From NCBI GenBank assembly GCA_038257245.1, contig JBBSJL010000001.1:23776-87775 (forward strand): DNA of 64,000 bases, in the 5' to 3' direction. Source of the stretch: Candidatus Saccharimonadales bacterium (GTDB lineage Bacteria > Patescibacteriota > Saccharimonadia > Saccharimonadales > JACQNP01). Both the position numbers and the translations under genes were made by a program. The notes beneath the pieces are model-generated. The model worked only from the letters and a program-made list of their open reading frames with translations, was not told where the DNA came from and ran no database searches. Below are positions 56,431 through 64,000 of this stretch, piece by piece (positions within the stretch are counted from its first letter, which is position 1; the number at the start of each line of letters is the position of its first letter).

Positions 56431-56823
56431 TTATGACTCTAGTTGTTTAACAAATTCCACTAGCTGTCGTGGAGTTATCTCGGCCTTTATAACGTAACCG
56501 TCGGCTTGTTTTTCGATTTCTTCCCTGCCGTTAACGCCTTGCTCTAGGTTAGTTGTGATTATTATTTTTCCTTTGATTTGTTCGGTATTGTTAGGGTTCC
56601 TAAGTTGTTTTAATATTTCAATACCAGTTATTGTCGGGATCATAATATCGAGGAGTATCACGTCATAAGTATTGGTCTGAGCTTGCTTAAGTCCATCTTC
56701 TCCGTCTACAGATACAGTTACACTGTAGCCGGCCTTTGTCAGAGCACGTACATATAGTTCGCTAATGAAATGCTCATCCTCGATGCAAAGTATTCGTTTT
56801 TGTGCGGTAGTTGTTTCTTCCAT
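56431..56823 (-). CDS. Stand-alone response regulator receiver (CheY-like)
   Basis: ILCIEDE, DVILLDIMIP and a KxxxxT pattern; no output domain. Start overlaps the upstream kinase stop. Confidence 0.8.
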   Translation of the reverse strand: MEETTTAQKRILCIEDEHFISELYVRALTKAGYSVTVSVDGEDGLKQAQTNTYDVILLDIMIPTITGIEILKQLRNPNNTEQIKGKIIITTNLEQGVNGREEIEKQADGYVIKAEITPRQLVEFVKQLES

Positions 56824-56826
56824 GAT

Positions 56827-58368
56827 TTATCTCCGGTAAAGTGAGTGATTTTTTATCCAACCGTGTGCGGTTCGGGTTACTTCCGTATTATTGCTGTTTT
56901 TAGCTTCATCGGCAAGTTGGGAGTAAGGTTTAAGAGTGAAAGCAAAAGTACTACCCTCGTTTTCTTTAGACTTGGCCCAAATTTGCCCGCCATGTGCGTC
57001 AACTATTGACTTGCATAAGAACAATCCCAGCCCAGTTCCGCCGACTTCTGTCTTGGTACGATGATTTCGGTAGAATTTATCGAATAGATACGGTAAAACG
57101 TTGTTCGGTATTCCTAGGCCGAAATCCTGCACAGACGTTTCAACCATACCGTTATCATCGATCTTTGTACTAACCAGTATCCTCTTGCCATTTGGACTGT
57201 ATTTGATGGCGTTTTCGATAAGGTTATTAATAACCTCGAACATACTAGTTCGATCCACGGCAACAGACGGTAGCCCCTCGGGAATACTATATTCAATTGC
57301 AATACCATGGGCTCTAGCTCGCATATCAGGATCTTCACAGGCATTTTTTAGGGTAGCTGCCCAGTCTTCTTCGTGAAGCTCCATATACATTTGGTTTGCT
57401 TCTATTCTGGATACATTGAGTATGTTGGTTACGAATGCATTAAGTTGACTTGCTGATGCTTCCATTTTGGCCATAAAGCTCTTTAATTCGTCGTCCAGCT
57501 TGTCATTTAGCTCATCTTGGAATATTTCGATATAGCCTCGTAGCATCGTCAGTGGGGTTCTTAGTTCGTGGACGGCTAGTGCTACAAAACTCATGGCCTC
57601 ATCATCTTGATTATATTGAACCGTTCTATCAAATAATGTGACTATAAATTCGGTACCGCTAGGGTTATCTCGGTTGTAATAGGCAGCAATGTCACACTGT
57701 TTAACAGCTTTTTCCTCAGGTAATCTTAGTCGGACTCTCTCCCAGTAGGCCGTATCTGTAACTTTATTATTCTGGCATTCCACTAGCCATTTTTCTAGCG
57801 TGTGCTCACTGGGGAATTCGAGGTTAACACTTTCATATAATGGTTTTCCAAACAGTTTAGAACTTTCCATTTTGCAGTACGCTAAAGCACTATCACTGGC
57901 ATTCGTCACAATCTGCGTGCTGTTAAATACAAATAATGGCAACGGCAAATGACTAACAATATTTGCAGATTGAACGACTGCTTTTCTGTGGTCGGTCAGA
58001 TCCGAATCTTTATTTGGTTGCTGACTAGCATACTGATAGACCTGCATGACAAGCGAAGTCACTAGCTCCCTTCCTAGCTTTACTTCATCAAGATTTGGTG
58101 CCTGGATATTGGAATTTTCGGGAGAAACATGGATAATGCCTTGCCACACGTATTGAAGAGGCTTGAGTGCATAGTTCGTGAATTTTACACCCAATAAACC
58201 GGCCATTAACATTGCTAGAACAAGCAGACCGGTAACGGACAAGATTAATGGCAAATCCAGAAAATCCAATAACACCCATGCTGCCAGCACCAATATAGCG
58301 TTCGATAGAATAAGAAAAACGACTAGGTTATTAGTGATTTGCTTCTTTAATCGTTGAAAATTATCCAC
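56827..58368 (-). CDS. Sensor histidine kinase (2 TM, HisKA, HATPase_c)
   Basis: H-box LAVHELRTPLTML, N-box NLIENAIKY, G1 QDFGLGI and G2 GGTGLGL. Confidence 0.85.
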   Translation of the reverse strand: MDNFQRLKKQITNNLVVFLILSNAILVLAAWVLLDFLDLPLILSVTGLLVLAMLMAGLLGVKFTNYALKPLQYVWQGIIHVSPENSNIQAPNLDEVKLGRELVTSLVMQVYQYASQQPNKDSDLTDHRKAVVQSANIVSHLPLPLFVFNSTQIVTNASDSALAYCKMESSKLFGKPLYESVNLEFPSEHTLEKWLVECQNNKVTDTAYWERVRLRLPEEKAVKQCDIAAYYNRDNPSGTEFIVTLFDRTVQYNQDDEAMSFVALAVHELRTPLTMLRGYIEIFQDELNDKLDDELKSFMAKMEASASQLNAFVTNILNVSRIEANQMYMELHEEDWAATLKNACEDPDMRARAHGIAIEYSIPEGLPSVAVDRTSMFEVINNLIENAIKYSPNGKRILVSTKIDDNGMVETSVQDFGLGIPNNVLPYLFDKFYRNHRTKTEVGGTGLGLFLCKSIVDAHGGQIWAKSKENEGSTFAFTLKPYSQLADEAKNSNNTEVTRTAHGWIKNHSLYRR

Positions 58369-58379
58369 CCATATTCTCC

Positions 58380-59678
58380 CTAAGGCGTAAAGCCAACTGA
58401 CCCATCTAGTTCAACCGCGCTGATCCAAGTATTGCCTCTATTTAGAGGGATCACAGCTTCATTAGCTGCTTTAAATATCATAGGGCTTTTGCGGTCTTTT
58501 TTCTCCCATTTGCCAACTGTGACTGTGCCATCTTGAAAAATAAAGGCCTTCCCACTTCCACTGGTGCCGTAGATTGTATGCACACCATCGGGGTGAATAC
58601 TCTTTGGCATGATTGCGGCAATAACTACTTTTGGCGTAATTTGTTGTCCGGTTTTTTCATCTACATGGGGTTTGCCCGCTTGGCTGCGCACATATGAGTT
58701 GGTCGTTACATCATAGTCGTAGTGTGGGTTATATAAAAAACTAGATATGTTGAAATCAATCGTTTTGGCATTCGGTGTTGCTATTGGAGAGTCGTCTTTG
58801 CGCCCCCAGCCAGTAAAAGTGCTAGTACTCCAATCTTTAGAGTTTTGTAACTCCAATAGTTTGGCACGGCTCGTATAAACATTATGAGGTGCATAACGGT
58901 TACTAACTCGCTGATAGTAGTTACTGTTAAACCCATAGTCTAGGTCTTTTAAACCTTCGTTTCGAATTTGTGCTAATGCTTCAGCGCTTCCCCCAACATG
59001 GGCTACCGGGGCGTCAAAAGGCACTAACCAATCAAGGTAATATGGCCGTACGCTTCTAATTGGTCCAATATATTCAGGCTGAGATTCTTGAAATAAAGTC
59101 AGGAACCGCGTAATACCACCTTCTGCTACGGCTTCGTATACCACCCCAGCGTCTTTTAACCCTGCTTGTGGCCTAGCATCTGGGCTGTTTTCTATCATTA
59201 CTGCTGTTACTGGCAGAGCTGATTCGGATTCAGTAACCTTTGCCCCTGTTAGATTTGAATTAAATACTTTAGGTTTAGGGGGTACTACAACTTCTACAAC
59301 TTCCACCGATTCCACGGGCTTAGGTTTATGTGTTAGCTTCCAAACAAGAAGACTTACACCGATTAGTACTAACGCCGATACGATACCTATTATGATCCAT
59401 TGTTTTTTGGATAAATCAGGCAGCCTGAATCTACCCTTGCCCTTTTTACTGTGTTTACCTTTGGGTTCAAAGTCTATTTTTTTGGGAGTTGGTGTCTTTA
59501 TCGGTTCCGGATTAGGAGCAGTTGCTTCGTTGGAAAATTGGCTAACAGAGTAGGATTTATCAACGTCTTCAGGGGGCCGAAAGTCAGGTTCTGCTATGTC
59601 GTTACTCTCTGTTTGTTCTAGGTCATCTCTAGAGCCATCCGGATTATTTGACCCCGGGGCAGCAAAATCATCAATCAT
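58380..59678 (-). CDS. Membrane-anchored exported protein, DUF3048/YerB-like (tentative), first gene of the kinase/regulator operon
   Basis: Acidic/Pro-rich N-terminus, one TM, then a domain with PDARPQAGL and EGGITRF segments. Family assignment is from memory. Confidence 0.45.
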   Translation of the reverse strand: MIDDFAAPGSNNPDGSRDDLEQTESNDIAEPDFRPPEDVDKSYSVSQFSNEATAPNPEPIKTPTPKKIDFEPKGKHSKKGKGRFRLPDLSKKQWIIIGIVSALVLIGVSLLVWKLTHKPKPVESVEVVEVVVPPKPKVFNSNLTGAKVTESESALPVTAVMIENSPDARPQAGLKDAGVVYEAVAEGGITRFLTLFQESQPEYIGPIRSVRPYYLDWLVPFDAPVAHVGGSAEALAQIRNEGLKDLDYGFNSNYYQRVSNRYAPHNVYTSRAKLLELQNSKDWSTSTFTGWGRKDDSPIATPNAKTIDFNISSFLYNPHYDYDVTTNSYVRSQAGKPHVDEKTGQQITPKVVIAAIMPKSIHPDGVHTIYGTSGSGKAFIFQDGTVTVGKWEKKDRKSPMIFKAANEAVIPLNRGNTWISAVELDGSVGFTP

Positions 59679-59782
59679 AAAGTTAATTATATCAATGCTT
59701 ATGCTATATGACTAGATTAAAATAATAATGACATTTGTGTGATATCATTATTTAAATAATCGAATAAGTCGTTGGAGAAATT

Positions 59783-61093
59783 GTGATCCCTAGTGCCTCT
59801 ACAGAATATAGTGATTCCATCGTTAAGTACCATCAATATAAACACGAACTTGGAATTACAAATACCGAAGCAAAATCACATCCGGATACGCAAGAAGTAT
59901 TTTTCGAATTAATCGGAGTTGTCGAAGAATATCCTGAATTGATTTTGGCATATACTGGGGTACAAAGATGTAGGGGCAATAATAGGCGTGAAGCGATAGA
60001 AAACGTAAGAGAAATTGAGGATACAATCCTAGACTTATCATTAGACGTTGGGATAATTTCTAGTTTAGAACACTCAAAAAGAAGTATGTCATTGGATGAT
60101 AACGGAATCAAAGATATATCTAAACAGTTCGTTAAGTTGTTTAAGGATATTATCCCACCAGAATTACTGCCCAAAAAACCAGCAAAGAGGAAAAGGATAA
60201 AAAATAATCAAATTGCAAGTTCAATTGAAGCTGTTGATGAGGATATGGATGTCGTGCTGATCGATGGCAATAAGTTAATTTTCAATAATATTGAAGACGT
60301 CGATCCAACAGATACTCAAACAGAGCTACCTACCCCCACAAATGGCATCAAAAACCCATTTGACTATAATACGGATAGTGCGGCGAATAGCCTAGCTGTT
60401 CAAGTTAGAAATCTGGATACTGCCGAAAAGGCTTTGGCTGGCTATATAGTGTTTGGACGCTTGACGGCTGGAATCAACTTAACGGTTTATTCACTTCAAA
60501 GGGTCATGAGAACATTAGTTGGTACGGATGAAATGCTCACAGTGCGTGGGGCAACCAAGAGATTTGAGATGTGTAATGATTTTATTCTGGGCAAACACGG
60601 CAAAGGTACTACTATTGCAAGGTCGAGTAATAGAGACCAGATTTTAAGTGATATTGGGCCTTCGTTCTCGCATCCTCAAGCGGCCTGCAGTACTGGCAGA
60701 AATGATAACGATATAGCGGCAAGACTAGAATGGTGGTTCCCTGGTAGGGGTGAATCAACTAGCTTACAGAAAATTAAGTGTTTCGGTTGTTCCGCCATAG
60801 ACGCATGTCTTGAATTTTCAATTGCCCATCCTCAGAAGTTTGGTATTTGGGGGGGTGCAAGCGAAAGAGAGCGCCGAGCGCTTAGAGGCACAATGAAAAA
60901 AAGTGGGCGCGCTAGTTTCGAGAGTAGGGTCGTTACTTATAGGAAAAGATCGGCCGAGAGACTTATGTCATTTATTGAAGTACATGCAGATGAAGAAGAC
61001 AAACCAGACCTAGAGTTTAATTTGTTAAGATTTCTCGACCCAGACTATAGGTATAAATTTGATACTTTAGATAAATTCGTAACAACGGAATAA
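59783..61093 (+). CDS. Protein with C-terminal WhiB-like (Wbl) 4Fe-4S domain and a roughly 300-aa uncharacterised N-terminal region
   Basis: C-x32-C-x2-C-x5-C (CSTG...EWWFP...CFGCSAIDAC) followed by GIWGGASERERRAL, matching the Wbl Cys cluster and GVWGG turn. Confidence 0.65.
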   Translation: MIPSASTEYSDSIVKYHQYKHELGITNTEAKSHPDTQEVFFELIGVVEEYPELILAYTGVQRCRGNNRREAIENVREIEDTILDLSLDVGIISSLEHSKRSMSLDDNGIKDISKQFVKLFKDIIPPELLPKKPAKRKRIKNNQIASSIEAVDEDMDVVLIDGNKLIFNNIEDVDPTDTQTELPTPTNGIKNPFDYNTDSAANSLAVQVRNLDTAEKALAGYIVFGRLTAGINLTVYSLQRVMRTLVGTDEMLTVRGATKRFEMCNDFILGKHGKGTTIARSSNRDQILSDIGPSFSHPQAACSTGRNDNDIAARLEWWFPGRGESTSLQKIKCFGCSAIDACLEFSIAHPQKFGIWGGASERERRALRGTMKKSGRASFESRVVTYRKRSAERLMSFIEVHADEEDKPDLEFNLLRFLDPDYRYKFDTLDKFVTTE

Positions 61094-61096
61094 ATA

Positions 61097-62521
61097 CTAT
61101 CGGAGAGCCTCGATGGAATTATTTATGCGATTTAGGGTTAAGTCTTTTCCCAGTATGTTTAGGGATTCTGCAAGAGCGGGGCTTGATTGTGCCCAGGTTG
61201 TCGCAACTCTAATTAGACTAAACAATACAGCAGGTTTCTGATTGGACTTTTCTAATAGTCCATTTAGTTTCTCATTAAGGTCTTTTATGCTAAAATCGCT
61301 CTCGGCTAAAGCGGCAAGAGTTTGCTCCAACAAATTAACCAATTCTTGTTTATCAAGCTTCTTAAGTTGTTTGTGAGACGAAATAAGGTCTAGGTTCACA
61401 GGCAAGTCTTCAAAGAAAAAATTTGTGAGCTCGGGTATCTCGGATAGAAATTTTAATCTTTCTTGGATTTGTCCCAGAACTTGTTGTTTGTATGGTTCAG
61501 GGGCATCAGAGGCACTTTTTGGCCAGTAATCTGCTGTTAGAGTATAAAGCTCGTCGGTGTCCATTGCTCGTATAAATGAACCATTAACCCACCTAAGTCG
61601 TTGTTCGTCGAATCTGGCACCACTTTTCTGTACACGGTCCAGGCTAAATTTTTTGACAAGTTCATCTCTACTAAACACTTCTTGTTCTGTGCCATCATTC
61701 CAGCCGAGTGTGGCTATAAAACTTACCAGTGCCTCTGGCAGGTAGCCGTCACGTATGTAGTCTAGTACATCTTTGGCACCGTCGCGTTTACCAAGTTTCT
61801 TGTTACCTTCGGCGCCAAGAATATGAGGAACAGTTGCCATTATTGGCGGCTTAATCTCCAGTGCCTCATATAGATTTAAATAATTTGGTACGCTCGATAT
61901 AAATTCTTGACCGCGAATAATATGAGTTATTGCCATTTCATGGTCATCTACTATATGTGCAAAGTTGTATGTGGGATAGCCATCAGTTTTTATAAGAATA
62001 AAATCATCGATTACTTCCGGGCCTGTAGATAAGTCACCCATGACCTCGTCGTGCCATTTATGAACTTTTGGATCAGATTTAAATCGTAGTGGTTGAGTGC
62101 CATCCCATTTTGGAGGCTTGTCCGGACGGTGGTTTCTGTATAGAAATGGTAACTTATTTTTTTGTGCTTGTTCGCGGAACAATTGCACCTCTTGGGTCGA
62201 GTAAGGGTCGGCGTAAGCGCGACCATCTTCTATGAGTTTGTTTGCCCATTTTTTGTATATATCTAGCCGGTCGCTTTGTTTGTACGGCCCAAAATCGCCA
62301 CCAACGTCTGGACCTTCGTCGTACTTCAGACCCAGAATATTCAGGCTGTCTATTAAGTGTTGAGCCGAACCCTCAACCTCACGGTTTTTGTCGGTGTCTT
62401 CTAATCGTAATACGAATATGCCTTTAGTCTGCTTGGCAACTAGCCACGCAAACAAAGCTGTGCGGATACCGCCAACATGTAAATAGCCAGTAGGGCTTGG
62501 GGCAAATCGAGTTCTAATCAT
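61097..62521 (-). CDS. gltX: Glutamate--tRNA ligase
   Basis: HIGH-type motif APSPTGYLHVGG, KMSKS-type KLGKR, and a typical length. Confidence 0.9.
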   Translation of the reverse strand: MIRTRFAPSPTGYLHVGGIRTALFAWLVAKQTKGIFVLRLEDTDKNREVEGSAQHLIDSLNILGLKYDEGPDVGGDFGPYKQSDRLDIYKKWANKLIEDGRAYADPYSTQEVQLFREQAQKNKLPFLYRNHRPDKPPKWDGTQPLRFKSDPKVHKWHDEVMGDLSTGPEVIDDFILIKTDGYPTYNFAHIVDDHEMAITHIIRGQEFISSVPNYLNLYEALEIKPPIMATVPHILGAEGNKKLGKRDGAKDVLDYIRDGYLPEALVSFIATLGWNDGTEQEVFSRDELVKKFSLDRVQKSGARFDEQRLRWVNGSFIRAMDTDELYTLTADYWPKSASDAPEPYKQQVLGQIQERLKFLSEIPELTNFFFEDLPVNLDLISSHKQLKKLDKQELVNLLEQTLAALAESDFSIKDLNEKLNGLLEKSNQKPAVLFSLIRVATTWAQSSPALAESLNILGKDLTLNRINNSIEALR

Positions 62522-62559
62522 CTGACACTATTGTAAAACAAGATTGGTGATTAGTATAT

Positions 62560-62838
62560 TTATTGATTACTTTGTTCAGAGATAATATCAGAAACTTTAC
62601 TAGCGCTGATTGCAGAAATGACTAAGGCAGCTGCTCCCACCATCACTTCACTCATGTCGGCTCCAATAGTCTTGCCGAGTAATTCAGTAGACATAACTAT
62701 GTTTGACCCTTCAGCAGTGTGGGTTGCGCCATATAATAAACCAATAGTAATAGCTGAAATGGCACCACCCGCCCATGCCGCAGTCTTTGGAATTAAATTT
62801 TCTCGTGTTTGAATTGGAGTATGTTCTGAATTTTTCAT
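62560..62838 (-). CDS. Small membrane protein, hypothetical
   Basis: 92 aa with two or three hydrophobic helices. Confidence 0.35.
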   Translation of the reverse strand: MKNSEHTPIQTRENLIPKTAAWAGGAISAITIGLLYGATHTAEGSNIVMSTELLGKTIGADMSEVMVGAAALVISAISASKVSDIISEQSNQ

Positions 62839-62903
62839 AGAACGGTTATTATATTACAAACATACCAAAAAAGCAATGTTCTGCTTTCTGTGGCAGTCGT
62901 GGC

Positions 62904-63947
62904 CTACAGGCTATTAGCTATTCTTATAACCTGATCGGTATTTAGAGATGAATTGCCGTTAATTTCGTACCATATGCCGTTGTCTACCCAGCTTGCGCTA
63001 TCGCTATCGTATATATAAATCGTTTTGCCCTTTTCTTGGAATGTCTGGTAACTGCGATTACTGGTTGCAACATGGTTTTCCAGGAGCGCGTCACTGTTCC
63101 AGTCTGAGTTTTTTTCTGTTACAGAATAGCTTCTGTCATCTGAGTTTGATCCGTAACTAATAATTATTTGACCTGCTTTGTACTGCAACGGACCATCTAG
63201 TGCATAGCCGTTAGGTTGGTATTTTGGCATAGAACCTGGGATGCCTGATCTTGTGGACGCAACTCGCATAGCCAAGTTCGGGACATTATTGTACGCAAAA
63301 TAGCCACCAAGCACCAATACAGTCATAACTACCATACTGACATTAAGTAGACTAGGACTAATTTTTAATTTTTTGGCAATTTTATGGCGCCTAGTAGGTT
63401 TTTTGGTTTTTTGGTTATGATGACTATCTGATTTATTTATAACGTTTTCAATATGACTATGTTTGTTAGATGGGGGTTTGGGCGTAAGGTTATGTGCTTT
63501 GACTGGAGCGGATTTTGTTTCTTTGTGGTTTTGTTCAGGGTGGTCAGTGACTGCAATAGGAGAATATTGTGTTATTTTCTTCATCTCGGTGCCGAACTTA
63601 CTTATCAGGGAGCTTCGGGCGACGTCTTGTGACCTTTTTTCTCTGGTTACATCAAATGCAATATTCTTCTTGATTGTTACATCAGACGAGTCGTTGTTTA
63701 CCGTCTTTTTAACTGGCTTAGGTACAGCACTTCGCATTAATGTTTTTGATTTTAACGATTGCCGGGCAATATGATGTGCTTCTCGGGCACTATGAACCGG
63801 TTGTTTCTTACTAACGAAGCCATCGATACTTGGGCCAGATGTAGGTTTTTTGACAGCTCGACTCGATTGAGAGTCGTCAAGTAATTCACCGGTCACGGCA
63901 TCGTAGCGATTGCCGTTTAGAGTTATTATGTTTCTTCTAGTACCCAC
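62904..63947 (-). CDS. Hypothetical single-pass membrane protein (basic cytoplasmic N-terminus, extracytoplasmic Ser/Asn/Tyr-rich beta-like C-terminal domain)
   Basis: TM VSMVVMTVLVLGGYFAY; no motif recognised. Confidence 0.4.
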   Translation of the reverse strand: MGTRRNIITLNGNRYDAVTGELLDDSQSSRAVKKPTSGPSIDGFVSKKQPVHSAREAHHIARQSLKSKTLMRSAVPKPVKKTVNNDSSDVTIKKNIAFDVTREKRSQDVARSSLISKFGTEMKKITQYSPIAVTDHPEQNHKETKSAPVKAHNLTPKPPSNKHSHIENVINKSDSHHNQKTKKPTRRHKIAKKLKISPSLLNVSMVVMTVLVLGGYFAYNNVPNLAMRVASTRSGIPGSMPKYQPNGYALDGPLQYKAGQIIISYGSNSDDRSYSVTEKNSDWNSDALLENHVATSNRSYQTFQEKGKTIYIYDSDSASWVDNGIWYEINGNSSLNTDQVIRIANSL

Positions 63948-64000
63948 TTATTTAATTACTCGACTTTCTTTTAGGATCCCTATACTATAATCTTAAACCG

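Noticed and set aside
1-64000. Mobile elements (IS, integrase, prophage) and rRNA genes
   Set aside because: No transposase, integrase, terminal inverted repeat pair or rRNA-like conserved sequence was recognised.

Overview
This is a low-GC (about 40%), gene-dense bacterial window with short, often overlapping genes. A reduced dcw cluster, alpha2-type GlyRS and the general gene style suggest a small-genome Gram-positive-like lineage, possibly Patescibacteria/Saccharibacteria, but this is inference from gene content only. Most of the window is housekeeping: prfB-ftsE-ftsX followed by a coiled-coil+CHAP (PcsB-like) hydrolase, ctpA, pyrG, rpmA, xseAB, recO, glyQS, def, topA, dprA, pth, der, gltX and one tRNA-Glu(CUC). 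The dcw cluster runs mraZ-rsmH-ftsL-ftsI-mraY-ftsW-murG-ftsQ and has GTGGG direct repeats (candidate MraZ boxes) upstream. There is a partial purine module (purN, purS-L fusion, purQ, purM) and a umuDC cassette. Two histidine-kinase/response-regulator operons and an orphan regulator are present, and all three response regulators are receiver-only; one carries a roughly 300-aa disordered tail. Accessory or unusual items: a Fic-domain protein co-transcribed with a 330-aa unknown; a histidine kinase-like/receiver-like pair in which both phosphoacceptor positions appear to be Glu; a PIF1-like helicase next to an NYN nuclease; a three-gene overlapping operon of unknowns; a 436-aa protein with a clear C-terminal WhiB-like (Wbl) domain; a protein with an N-terminal sigma-70 region-4 HTH beside an 840-bp non-coding gap; and several orphan terminators or hairpins that could mark small RNAs. 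No CRISPR arrays, transposases, integrases or rRNA genes were seen. There are no strong mobile-element signatures; the WhiB-like, Fic and umuDC loci are the best candidates for horizontally acquired or novel functions.
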